A stretch of 52,993 nt of DNA from Candidatus Yanofskybacteria bacterium RIFCSPLOWO2_01_FULL_39_28 (GCA_001794635.1 MGKE01000008.1:1-52993), one strand, 5' to 3'. Positions 9,445 to 18,877 are shown, counted from the stretch's first letter. Translations and numbers: made by a program. The notes: generated from the sequence alone by a model not told the origin.

Positions 9445-10686
9445 TTATAAATGGGGGAAGCCGTAACCCGAATTATCATCTTCTCCTACCGGAGGAATTA
9501 AGTCGCCTGAAAATGTTTTAAGTAAGTTGCGAGTAGCCGAATCCGGGTCCTCGGCATCTTTCTGCCATAATTTTGCCGCAAGTCCTGTGATATGAGGCGT
9601 GGCCATGGAAGTGCCTGATAAAATCACATAGCCGCCATCTTTCCAAGTTGATTCAACAATAACTCCTGGGGCGGCAAACTCTATATCGCCCTGCTCAATA
9701 ACATTAGCGGTGGTTGTGGAGTTAACACCGCGTGAACTCCAGTCAGCTATATCAAAATTAATATCAAAAGCTCCTACGGCAACGGCATCTGGATTAGCAC
9801 CAGGATAATCAATACTGCCGGCATCGGGTCCGTCATTACCGGCAGCGGCAATTATTAGAACGTTTTTACTAACAGCATAAGAAATAGAGTCTTTAATGAG
9901 GGAGCTTTCCGTATCACTTCCCAAGCTTAAATTAATAATATTAGCGCCCTGGTCAGCAGCAGTCTTAATAGCAGTAGCTATATCATCAGACCAACAAGAA
10001 CCATTCGCGCCGCAAACCTTATATGAAAAAAGGTTAGATTCCGGAGCAACACCGTATATACCCTTATTGTCAGAACCGCCATCTGCAAGAATAATACCGG
10101 AAACATGAGTTCCGTGACCGTTTTTGTCTTCACATTTACCGTCAACAACCGGCTGTTTAGCTGCGGTAAAATCTTTACATTGGCTTATTCTTCTTTTAAG
10201 GTCAGTATGATCTGCAAACACGCCCGTATCCAAAACAGCAATATTGACATCTTTTCCGCCTGAAGTTATGGAAACAAGAGGATTGTTTCCATAAATAGCT
10301 TCTATGCCCCAGGGTAACTGGTCAGAAGGAAGAAGACGGGTTTGAGGAGTTGTCGGTTTAGAAGGTTTTGCCTCGGTTTCACTGTTTTTATCTTTTTCCT
10401 GATCATTAGAAACAGCACTAATAGAATCAGCGTTTTCTGCCAAAATAAAAATCTTTTGAACCGGTACCGCATCTACACCAAACACCTTAACAACTCTGAG
10501 CTGCCATTCGGTCAGATCAGAAGTAAACCCATCCTTAAACTCGTGCCTGACACCAAACGATTTCTTCCAAAAACCAGAGTTTGACTTGACCAAATAGCGA
10601 GTATCATCAGTAGCTCCTTGAGCAACGCTAGAAAACCCGAAAACAAGGGAAAAGATAAGAAAATAAGCTATTTTTTTGATGTTCAT
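9445..10686 (-). CDS. Secreted subtilisin-like serine protease (S8)
   Basis: Signal peptide; LDTG, HGTHV, AAGN, GTSMATPH. Confidence 0.95.
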   Translation of the reverse strand: MNIKKIAYFLIFSLVFGFSSVAQGATDDTRYLVKSNSGFWKKSFGVRHEFKDGFTSDLTEWQLRVVKVFGVDAVPVQKIFILAENADSISAVSNDQEKDKNSETEAKPSKPTTPQTRLLPSDQLPWGIEAIYGNNPLVSITSGGKDVNIAVLDTGVFADHTDLKRRISQCKDFTAAKQPVVDGKCEDKNGHGTHVSGIILADGGSDNKGIYGVAPESNLFSYKVCGANGSCWSDDIATAIKTAADQGANIINLSLGSDTESSLIKDSISYAVSKNVLIIAAAGNDGPDAGSIDYPGANPDAVAVGAFDINFDIADWSSRGVNSTTTANVIEQGDIEFAAPGVIVESTWKDGGYVILSGTSMATPHITGLAAKLWQKDAEDPDSATRNLLKTFSGDLIPPVGEDDNSGYGFPHL

Positions 10687-10724
10687 ATATTATCATTTAA
10701 ATATAACATATCCAGCTAAAATTA

Positions 10725-11423
10725 TCAAAAATTATCCACATCACTTTTATCGTTGCCGTTAAGCACTTTATCCAGCCCGTTTTTAATCTTTTCGCTAAGG
10801 TATCTGATCCTTTCATGCATTAAAATAGATTGAACAAAAGCCGATTTAATAGCCAGTTTAAGTATATAAATTAAAACAATCGCCCCACCCAAGAAAATTA
10901 TAAAATATGTAAAATTTCTTAAATAAATTATGAAAAATTTGTAACTCTGACCGAAGAAATAGCCAATAAATAAAGTCATCGCCACCCAACCAATTGAACC
11001 AATAAAGTTGTACAGAGTAAATCTTTTAAGATTATACTTCAATGAGCCGGCTATAATCAGAGCGGCGATAGTCAAAGAAAAAGTGAATTTGGTTATAATT
11101 ATTGCTTTGCCGCTGTGGATTTCAAAATAATGCTGAACGGTGTTTATTATCTTCTCGCTTTTTGGGTCTTTCCTGCCCCATTTATCTATTGGTTTGGCCC
11201 CACCAAAATATCCAACTAAATACCAAAGATAACCATTAACCGTATACCCCAGAGTAAAGACTAAAAAAGTAGGCAATAATGGAATTGAATTAGTAGAAAC
11301 CAAAAAACCTCCTAGAACCATCGTGTTCAGCCCCTCAATCATCGCCCCGAGAAACAAAAAAATATACTTATGTTCAAGAATTAAGGGAAAGTGCAGCTGA
11401 AGAAAATTTAGGAATTGTTCCAA
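10725..11423 (-). CDS. DedA/VTT family membrane protein
   Basis: IEG, Y..GY.GG, AG...Y..F..YN motifs. Confidence 0.85.
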   Translation of the reverse strand: MEQFLNFLQLHFPLILEHKYIFLFLGAMIEGLNTMVLGGFLVSTNSIPLLPTFLVFTLGYTVNGYLWYLVGYFGGAKPIDKWGRKDPKSEKIINTVQHYFEIHSGKAIIITKFTFSLTIAALIIAGSLKYNLKRFTLYNFIGSIGWVAMTLFIGYFFGQSYKFFIIYLRNFTYFIIFLGGAIVLIYILKLAIKSAFVQSILMHERIRYLSEKIKNGLDKVLNGNDKSDVDNF

Positions 11424-11516
11424 TTCTTCCTACCAATTACGAATCAAAACGAATTTACAAATCTACAAATTCTTTAATCTTTATCCGTAGATTCGTATAT
11501 TTGTGACTATTCGTAA

Positions 11517-12125
11517 TTAGTGGTTAAACTGTCTTAGGGTTTCAAAATCCTTTTTAAGATCTTCCTTCATATTTCCATTATACACCGCCACGGCCGGATG
11601 GTATAAGGGAATGATTTTAACGGCACCATAATTAATTTGGGCTTCCAAAATTTTACCATGCATCTGGCTGATTGATTCAAGCTGGCTACCCAAGCCGAAT
11701 TTATTAATTATATAAACCATGGAGAATCTGCCAAGGGTAGCAATGACTTGCGGCTGGATTATTTCTATCTGACGATCAAGGTAAGAAGAGTAGGACTCAA
11801 TTTCATGAGGCAAAGGATCGCGGTTCATTGGCGGCCGGTCTTTAACGATGTTGGTAATATAAACATCATTTCTTGGAATATTAATTGAGTTTAAAAGTTC
11901 GTCAAGAATCCTACCCGATGCCCCGCAGAAAGGCCTTCCAGTTTCGGCCTCATTTTTACCAGGCGCTTCACCGATAAACATAATTTTAGCATAATGACTG
12001 CCTTCGCCTATCACTGGAAAAACTTTATTTTGAACCCTTTCGGCATAAAGAGGCAAGTCTTTACCATGAATTATTTCATCTTTGATTTTGCGAAGAAGTT
12101 CGGTGCGGTTATTTTGAGTATCCAT
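11517..12125 (-). CDS. udg: Uracil-DNA glycosylase family 4
   Basis: IGEAPG, GRPF, TN, YHPA motifs. Confidence 0.93.
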   Translation of the reverse strand: MDTQNNRTELLRKIKDEIIHGKDLPLYAERVQNKVFPVIGEGSHYAKIMFIGEAPGKNEAETGRPFCGASGRILDELLNSINIPRNDVYITNIVKDRPPMNRDPLPHEIESYSSYLDRQIEIIQPQVIATLGRFSMVYIINKFGLGSQLESISQMHGKILEAQINYGAVKIIPLYHPAVAVYNGNMKEDLKKDFETLRQFNH

Positions 12126-12193
12126 AATCTATTTCATACTAATACTTATTTTGGCAAAATAAAACCTGCCCAGAGTTGGGCAGGCCGGAAGTT

Positions 12194-12625
12194 TTAGTAT
12201 TCTCGCTCTTCGCCAAAAATCATAAATGAAGGAGTGTCTTGATGACGCTTTTTTGTTTGAGAATCACTATTCTCTTTTTTTTCTTCGCAATCCCTGCATC
12301 TAGCGGCAAAAGGAAGAGCTGCTAAACGTTTAATGCTAATATTGTGTCCACAATCTAAACAAATACCATATATTCCCTCATCAAAACGCCGGATTGCTTC
12401 GTTGAATCTTTTCAATGTTTCACTATTAAGTCTAGCCAGAGAATCTTCCACACAATCACGATTCTGTTGATCGGCTTGATCAGCCGAGTCACCTAAAACT
12501 CGCTTAATTTCGTTATCAGTTCCAGAAGCAATAACTGCTTTGGTTTTAATGCTTAGTTTAGTTTCCAAAGCATCTCGCTTTTCAACAAGTATACGGCGGA
12601 CATCTTTTCTGTTTCGCTCGGCCAC
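12194..12625 (-). CDS. dksA: DksA/TraR C4 zinc-finger protein
   Basis: DSADQA coiled-coil tip; YGICLDC...RL.ALP...CRDC. Confidence 0.85.
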   Translation of the reverse strand: MAERNRKDVRRILVEKRDALETKLSIKTKAVIASGTDNEIKRVLGDSADQADQQNRDCVEDSLARLNSETLKRFNEAIRRFDEGIYGICLDCGHNISIKRLAALPFAARCRDCEEKKENSDSQTKKRHQDTPSFMIFGEEREY

Positions 12626-12709
12626 TTTGGTCTCCCTTACCGTAAAAGGACTGACTTAATTTATAGCATTTGTAATGAAGAATGTCCACCCCGCACCTTG
12701 AAGTTGAAG

Positions 12710-12747
12710 ATTGTCATAAAATAGGCAATTGCTTATTTTATGACAAT
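12710..12747. repeat. 38-bp near-perfect palindrome, copy 1
   Basis: ATTGTCATAAAATAGGCAA|TTGCTTATTTTATGACAAT; 37/38 identical to 46780-46817. Confidence 0.9.
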
Positions 12748-12763
12748 GGAAAATTGTAAATTT

Positions 12764-12788
12764 AAAGGGGCGACACTTTGTCGCCCCT
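12764..12788 (-). terminator. Intrinsic terminator after small ORF
   Basis: AGGGGCGAC...GTCGCCCCT stem followed by T-run on minus strand. Confidence 0.75.
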
Positions 12789-12792
12789 CACT

Positions 12793-12930
12793 TCACCGAT
12801 TCTTCTTCCGCCCGTGGTAACAGCGGCCTCGGGCAGTGCATGCGCCTGTGCGCGTATGCTTCACGCGGCCCTTGATTTGGGCCTTGTCCACGGTCTCGAA
12901 TTTGACCGCATAGGCTCTCTTTTTGGCCAT
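12793..12930 (-). CDS. 45-aa basic small protein (below ORF-track cutoff)
   Basis: MAKKRAYAVKFETVDKAQIKGRVKHTRTGACTARGRCYHGRKKNR; SD TAAGAGG, terminator right after the stop. Confidence 0.7.
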   Translation of the reverse strand: MAKKRAYAVKFETVDKAQIKGRVKHTRTGACTARGRCYHGRKKNR

Positions 12931-12944
12931 GATGTACCTCTTAT

Positions 12945-14354
12945 TTAAATTATATCACTATTTGAGATAAAAGTCAATATGCCGAGAGATCCCCACAAAA
13001 CCAGACTTCCCTGCTGGATAGTTAAGAAAAGATGGTCAAAAAACCCAATAAAAAGCAGAGAACAGAAGAAAACTAGAAAAGATAACTGATACGGTCTTTG
13101 TAAATTAGTTTTTAAAATAAAATCTTTAATAATATAAATTAAAAAAACAACGAAAGATAAAATGCCCAAAACCCCAGTTTCAGAATAAACAAGCAGATAG
13201 ATATTATGCACCGGCTGATAAGTATAATTAGGCAAGTTGGATTTATTTTCAGCCAACCAGCCGACGAAATTACCGATTCCAACGCCAAACAAATTAAATC
13301 CTATTTTTAAAGATTCCTTGGCATAAAACGTCCTCAATTCAATCGCTTGGTCTTCGCCACTAATCGTAAGCCGAACTTTAATTTCATTAAAGTAAAAAGA
13401 ACTGAAAATAACCAAGACACAAAAACTGACCAACAAAATAGCTTTAATTCTTTTACGACCATCTTTAGTGCCAAAACTTAAACGATAGTTACGGCGAAGC
13501 CGAATTATAATCACTCTAAGACAAAAAGATGCAAACCAAACAAAGATAATCGTTCTGGAAAACGTAGTAAGAAAGGCAAGGAGTAAAACACCGTAAAAAA
13601 CCAGTGTGACCTTGTCCCGTAAAGGGACGTGGTCCCAACGGGACTTTACGTCCCAACTATCGGCTAGAGGTTGATGTTCTGAGTGAAGGCGGGAATATAA
13701 ATAAATAAAGTAAAAAGAAAAGAGAGCTAGAAAAAGATAAACAGCCAAAACATTGGGATGAGGAGTTGTGCCATAAACACGAATAACCTTTTCTCCTGTC
13801 GGAAGATAAAATGAAGCGATTCCCGACAAATCAGAATTAATAATACTTTCGCCGAGAAATCTTAAACCAGTGCTTGATTGTTTAAAAAATTGGATAATTG
13901 CTATGACTGATTGGAAAATTCCTCCGACAAAAATAGCCAAAAAAGAATTGTAAAGGCCAAACTTTTTTAAAGCATAATTTACTAGATACCAATAAAAAAC
14001 CGAAAATTCTAACAACTTTAGCCATTGAAACCAACTGACTATCGGATTAGTTGAGTTTGTGATTGAAATAGCAGAAACAGCAAGAAAAATAATTAAAAAA
14101 TACTCATAAACTTTAAAATTTTGAATTGCACTTTTTATTTTTAACTTTTTACTTTTAACTTTAGGTGTCGTGGATAGAAAACTATTATATAGCCAAAACA
14201 AGAAAAGTATAAAAAACAAAACATCCGTAAAATATATGGACACCGACGTCCACTCATTGAACCGCCAGCCTTCATACCACAAAATTTTCCTAGTTTGGAA
14301 AGGAATTGAGAAAAGTAATAAATAAAAAAGATATTTTTCTAGTTTTTTGAACAT
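12945..14354 (-). CDS. O-antigen ligase/polymerase (Wzy_C) family membrane protein
   Basis: R.YGT..HPN.LA, TFSR, GVGIGNF, PVHNIYL..E.G, FDH. Confidence 0.88.
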   Translation of the reverse strand: MFKKLEKYLFYLLLFSIPFQTRKILWYEGWRFNEWTSVSIYFTDVLFFILFLFWLYNSFLSTTPKVKSKKLKIKSAIQNFKVYEYFLIIFLAVSAISITNSTNPIVSWFQWLKLLEFSVFYWYLVNYALKKFGLYNSFLAIFVGGIFQSVIAIIQFFKQSSTGLRFLGESIINSDLSGIASFYLPTGEKVIRVYGTTPHPNVLAVYLFLALFSFYFIYLYSRLHSEHQPLADSWDVKSRWDHVPLRDKVTLVFYGVLLLAFLTTFSRTIIFVWFASFCLRVIIIRLRRNYRLSFGTKDGRKRIKAILLVSFCVLVIFSSFYFNEIKVRLTISGEDQAIELRTFYAKESLKIGFNLFGVGIGNFVGWLAENKSNLPNYTYQPVHNIYLLVYSETGVLGILSFVVFLIYIIKDFILKTNLQRPYQLSFLVFFCSLLFIGFFDHLFLTIQQGSLVLWGSLGILTFISNSDII

Positions 14355-14359
14355 TGTTC

Positions 14360-14501
14360 GCTTTCGGGACTAGCCATCTTCAGCACGCCTCCGGCCAGCC
14401 AGCGCTGGCCTCAGCTATTATCGCCCTCGCTTTTCCGCCTAAGAAGGCGGAACCATGCAAAGCTTCGGGTCTCAAATGCTTTAGATGGCCAGTCCCTACG
14501 C
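14360..14501 (-). repeat. Rod-shaped structured element, copy C (short variant)
   Basis: Reverse complement shares GCCATCT-AAGCA-TTGAGACCC...TAGCTGAGGC...GCCGGAGGCGTGCTGAAGATGGC with copies at 17510 and 23419. Confidence 0.85.
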
Positions 14502-14599
14502 TTATAACTTTTATAAAATTAAATAGTCGGCTACGCTCAATGCTTTAAATATATACTTTTTTTATTGAACCAGAAAGTGGATTTTTGAAATTAAAAAGC

Positions 14600-14638
14600 C
14601 CCGCACCAGAGGTCGCTATGCGCGACTTGGTGCGGGGA
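14600..14638. repeat. CCCCGCACC/GGTGCGGGG hairpin (REP-like, likely terminates the upstream minus-strand gene)
   Basis: CCCCGCACCA...TGGTGCGGGG; a half copy CCCCGCACC lies at about 12689. Confidence 0.7.
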
Positions 14639-14648
14639 CTTAACTGAC

Positions 14649-16490
14649 TTACTTCTTCGGGATCTGTTTCTCAAGCTCCCGAAGTTGTTCTGGTGTCAGA
14701 TTCTTTATCCGCTCTGTGATTGTCCGGGCATCCTCGGTTGCTTCTCGACTGCCACGAGCCTTCTCGTCAGCAGTACGGGCTTCGGTCTGGATCGGACTTT
14801 CAGACAGCTTGATTGCTAGATTGTCGAAGCTGTGCATCGGGATGACGTCCCGATCAGAGACGTATATCTCGATTCTCACCAGGTGGCCCTCTCTGGTGAC
14901 CGGCAGTTCCGGCGAATGACCGGCACCTGCGGTAAACAGATGGGGAATGTCCTTCAGATAGAGGTAGTACACCGTACCTTGCGTTGGAGTGACTTCACTC
15001 CCCACAAGAGACACAATGCCTTCAACGACCTGTAGGTTTCGGTTGCCTTCGACTGTTGCCCGACGTCCGGTTTCAGTCAGAAGTTTTTCGTAGTTCCTAA
15101 CTGTTTCTTGAGCGCTTCGTCCGCTTGCAACGGTCTGAATGTCGTTGATCGAAACCATGGCCACTCCTTGGAAAGCATGGCTTTCGTTCAGGAGCGGAAC
15201 CACGGCTGTCGGCAGGCCATTGACGTTGTACAACTGAACCGCTGCACCGTGCAGATGCTTGAACTGGATGTCCTGATTCTTATTGACTGCATCCAACACA
15301 GCTGACGTTGTACCGCCTCCCGGCATTTGGTATCTGATGGTCTTGCCTGTCCGAGAGTTGGTATAGACGAGAGCAACCAGTGAGTCGTCACTGGAATTTG
15401 TCGAGGTAATGTCAGTCACCCATTCCGGCTGATCGCCGTTGCCATAGATGAGCAAAGCGCCGTCTCTGTCAGACATGGTAAGGCCTTTCTTGCCCCACCA
15501 GCTGTTGAGCCATCCACTCGAGTACGAACCTTGCCAATTCAGGTAGTTGACGATGAAGTCGTCGGAGACGACCCGGTCAACCCAGCTGGGTACTTTGCTC
15601 AGTTCGTGGAATGTGTTGTTGCCCGAGAACGGATCAACAACCACTACTCCAAGAACTTTTGCACCCGACCAGCCGAGAGTCGGCTTGAAGGCAGTGATAA
15701 CCCACCACGGGTTTCCTTCGTCGTCGATCTCAAGCGATGTTTCAGTTAGGCCAGTGCCGAGATAACCGTTGTTTCGTAGATAACGCTCCAGATTGTCACC
15801 AAAGAAAGCGCCGGGCGTATAACGCATACGCTTTCCTTCGGGGAACTGGACAAGCTCGGCCTGTCGGTGAGGATCTTCTCCTGACACCTTGACGTAGCCG
15901 GGAGTGCCGTTGGTGTTCAACCAGACACTGAAACCGGCGAAGTCCAACGGTGCCACGAAAGTCAGCTCGCCTTTGATCATCTGCACGGTCATCGTCCCAA
16001 GTTCGAACTGGCTTCCAATGGCGCCGGCGGTACCAAGCACCTTCTGGGCTTGATACGAGGCGTTCTCGTTGCTTGCCATTCTCATGTGAGCCGGATCTTT
16101 CGGCTGAATGTCCTGAGTCCAAACCCGCTCTTCAATATCACCCAAGTGGTTGATGACTGAAGCATAGGTATTCGCTCGAAGCATTGCCGAATTGAAGAAG
16201 GCAACTCCGATGTAGATCACGACTGCACCGACAGGAAACACCCACAACAACGGGGTGCCGTCGTCGTCAGCAACAGCAATAATCGCCGCAACCACCCACC
16301 AGATCATGGTCATGAATCCCACGAGTCCGAAGAGCGGATAAACGGTCGTTGCCACAGCGACGTAGAAAATTGCCCAACCAAGAACGAAGGTCACGACGCC
16401 TTGCACGACAGCAGCAATCGGCCTTTTCACCAACATGAGCGGGAGAGCGCCAACAACCGCACTGATCAAAGCCGCAAATAGATAATACAT
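14649..16490 (-). CDS. Hypothetical membrane-anchored protein, GC-rich
   Basis: 4 N-terminal TM plus large soluble domain; SD AAGGAG before ATG 16490; visibly higher GC than flanks. Confidence 0.85.
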   Translation of the reverse strand: MYYLFAALISAVVGALPLMLVKRPIAAVVQGVVTFVLGWAIFYVAVATTVYPLFGLVGFMTMIWWVVAAIIAVADDDGTPLLWVFPVGAVVIYIGVAFFNSAMLRANTYASVINHLGDIEERVWTQDIQPKDPAHMRMASNENASYQAQKVLGTAGAIGSQFELGTMTVQMIKGELTFVAPLDFAGFSVWLNTNGTPGYVKVSGEDPHRQAELVQFPEGKRMRYTPGAFFGDNLERYLRNNGYLGTGLTETSLEIDDEGNPWWVITAFKPTLGWSGAKVLGVVVVDPFSGNNTFHELSKVPSWVDRVVSDDFIVNYLNWQGSYSSGWLNSWWGKKGLTMSDRDGALLIYGNGDQPEWVTDITSTNSSDDSLVALVYTNSRTGKTIRYQMPGGGTTSAVLDAVNKNQDIQFKHLHGAAVQLYNVNGLPTAVVPLLNESHAFQGVAMVSINDIQTVASGRSAQETVRNYEKLLTETGRRATVEGNRNLQVVEGIVSLVGSEVTPTQGTVYYLYLKDIPHLFTAGAGHSPELPVTREGHLVRIEIYVSDRDVIPMHSFDNLAIKLSESPIQTEARTADEKARGSREATEDARTITERIKNLTPEQLRELEKQIPKK

Positions 16491-16661
16491 CTCTTTTCTC
16501 CTTGCTATTTGAGGCATAGCTGCCGTCCGGGTTGTCGACGAACTGTCTCAACTGATGCCTATATTTTAACATAATCTGCGTATTTTTGTCAATGGTTTGA
16601 CTGAATTAAATCTTTATTTAATAATCTAGACCAGTATCTTGAAGTTTGAGAAGGATAAATT

Positions 16662-17060
16662 GTGAATGGAGCAATGATTTTGCAAGCGGCTATTGCTGGA
16701 CTATTTTTCAGTGTTTGGCCTCTTTTGATGAACAGAAGCGGGCTTCCAGGTATGCACGCAGCTTTTATTTTTGTATTGATCCAGCTTCTAATTATTACTC
16801 CACTAGTAATAAGCGGTCTTGATTCAAACATGTTTAACCGCTGGTCTGTTGCCGCAAGCATCTTTGCATCTATTGGATTATTAATATTTACCAACGGACT
16901 TGAAAAAATATCCCCTAAAGAAGTAAGTAATTTTTTTGTTATAGTACTGGTAGTCCAAGTCTGCGTCCCGGCAATATACCAGGTCGTCCTTACCGGCATA
17001 ACCCCGCAAAGAGCATTGGGTTTCGCCGCCGCCCTAATCGCCGCGATTTTGTTAAAGTAA
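16662..17060 (+). CDS. Small membrane protein (DMT/EamA half-like)
   Basis: About 5 TM, SD AAGGA, GTG start. Confidence 0.7.
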   Translation: MNGAMILQAAIAGLFFSVWPLLMNRSGLPGMHAAFIFVLIQLLIITPLVISGLDSNMFNRWSVAASIFASIGLLIFTNGLEKISPKEVSNFFVIVLVVQVCVPAIYQVVLTGITPQRALGFAAALIAAILLK

Positions 17061-17127
17061 ATACATAAATATTGACTTTTAAATACCGTGGTGTTAATAT
17101 AAACAAGTTCTGAGAGAGGACCTGACA

Positions 17128-17436
17128 TTGAAAATACTCTTGAAAATACTGCTTCGGTTCTTTTTCATTTTTGCCATGTTTTTATTTATTGGATGTGAGG
17201 AGTCTCAGGCAGCAAAAGAAATAAGACTAAGACAAACAGCCGAAAGAGTTACACAACAAAAGGTCAGAGTTGCCGAAGAAATAGTTTCAAATATAAACTA
17301 CTTCATGGACCCGAGAACAAAACTTTGTTTTGCTTATTACCGGGAAAATTATTCTAAGGGTGGACCAGCTCTTGCCACCGTCCCCTGTGAAGCGATCCAG
17401 CCTAACTTGCTTGGCACAGCCCCTATTTCTGAGTAA
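17128..17436 (+). CDS. Hypothetical lipoprotein
   Basis: Signal with FIGC lipobox; terminator CCCGTCAG/CTGACGGG at 17447-17475. Confidence 0.7.
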   Translation: MKILLKILLRFFFIFAMFLFIGCEESQAAKEIRLRQTAERVTQQKVRVAEEIVSNINYFMDPRTKLCFAYYRENYSKGGPALATVPCEAIQPNLLGTAPISE

Positions 17437-17509
17437 GTGTATCTTGCCCGTCAGTAAAATCTGACGGGTTTTTATTTTATAAAAACCAACTGATGGTTAC
17501 GGTCGAGAA

Positions 17510-17697
17510 ATCGAGCCCAGCCCTTGGCCATCTGAAGCAATTGAGACCCCGAGGTCGCTGGATGATATAATATTGGCCGTTTTAGGCCAAATCAGCCAGC
17601 GACCAGAGGGGCGAACTTAGCTGAGGCGACGAGGCAGCTCCGGAGGAGTGCCGAGGAGCCGGAGGCGTGCTGAAGATGGCTTAGGGCTGGGCGAGAT
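17510..17697 (+). repeat. Rod-shaped structured element, copy A
   Basis: Core 17523-17688 nearly identical to 23432-23600; self-complementary ends. Confidence 0.92.
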
Positions 17698-17728
17698 GGA
17701 TGAAGAATTAGTAAGGTGAGAGCAATTT

Positions 17729-18877
17729 TTACCTCGTAAATAATGTATAACCAATACCGCCGGCAAAGATAAAAGCCAAGAGATATAACGTCCAAGCGGG
17801 AATTCGTAGACTATATTCCGGAACCCTGTCGCCATGTGATTTTGCTTTGATATACATGAATATAAGAATGAAGGCCTCAAGTCCAATCCCAACTGCTCCG
17901 GCCAAACTAATAACGTCAATAAAATTCCTTAATCCTCCCAAAAACAAAACAAAAGGCGGAGTAACAACCAATAACCACGATATTTTTCTTCCAAACCCAT
18001 AATCAAGCATGAAAACCTCAAGTAAAGCAGTGCTAAGCATAAGATACGAAGTACTGACAGCCATAATACCGAATAAAGAACCAAGAAATACTATTCGTCC
18101 GCCAATTTGGTCAATCAGGCCGCTAATAGCATCGGGAGTAGTTGAATCACCGGAAATCCCTAAAACGGTAAGCCCAAAAACAAAATACAAAATCGCAACT
18201 AATAATACTGAGGCAAAGATAGCTTTCTTAAAATAATTCTCACTACCAGTAAGGATCCGGCGTTGAATCGGTATCGCCGACAAACCGCCAAAAGCAAAAA
18301 GTAAAACTCCGTAAGGAAAGAACCAAAACTCAAGATTTACATACGAATAGTTTGAAAGATTAACATCCCCTATTCCAAAACCAAAGATAAGGCCGATAAC
18401 GGCAATGAAAAGAAAAGAAAGCCCAAGTTCCACCCAAGCTACCGTTCTGATACCAAGCAAAACCAAAAAAGAAGCAATGCCAAAAAACCAGATACTAAAA
18501 CTGCTGGGAGACAAATAAAAAACAGAGGATAAGACATTCGGTAAAAATTCACCGGCAATAATAATATAAGCAAGCAGGGCGGCATAAGTTGTCAGGAGCA
18601 AAGAAAAGAAAAGCAGTCGTTTCCAGAAATTGCCAAGATAAAGCTGGGTATAACCAACCATCTGATGGGGCTGATGAGTTCTCAGAATAACTTCGCCGTA
18701 AATAAAGTATAAAAACAAGGTAGCCAGTCCGGTACCAATCAAAAACAAAAAACCGATCCAGAAACCGGCTTTAGCAAAGGCGAACGGAATTCCAAAAACC
18801 CCGACCCCAACCATTGTTCCAATTAATACGGCCGTTGCCTGAAGGAATGGCTTATTTTTCAGAATCTGAATCAACAT
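17729..18877 (-). CDS. Aromatic amino-acid permease (Mtr/TyrP-like)
   Basis: GTMVGVGVFGIPF..AKAG, YGVLLFAFGG; about 11 TM. Confidence 0.88.
   Translation of the reverse strand: MLIQILKNKPFLQATAVLIGTMVGVGVFGIPFAFAKAGFWIGFLFLIGTGLATLFLYFIYGEVILRTHQPHQMVGYTQLYLGNFWKRLLFFSLLLTTYAALLAYIIIAGEFLPNVLSSVFYLSPSSFSIWFFGIASFLVLLGIRTVAWVELGLSFLFIAVIGLIFGFGIGDVNLSNYSYVNLEFWFFPYGVLLFAFGGLSAIPIQRRILTGSENYFKKAIFASVLLVAILYFVFGLTVLGISGDSTTPDAISGLIDQIGGRIVFLGSLFGIMAVSTSYLMLSTALLEVFMLDYGFGRKISWLLVVTPPFVLFLGGLRNFIDVISLAGAVGIGLEAFILIFMYIKAKSHGDRVPEYSLRIPAWTLYLLAFIFAGGIGYTLFTR

Noticed and set aside
14716-16572. Many overlapping alternative-frame ORFs
   Set aside because: Shadow ORFs of the GC-rich gene
16589-17128. 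179-aa minus-strand ORF
   Set aside because: Antisense to the SD- and promoter-supported membrane gene 16662-17060
17592-17919. ORFs 17592-17795, 17617-17919 and 14354-14548 sharing SHLQHASG
   Set aside because: The shared peptide is just translation of the repeat element
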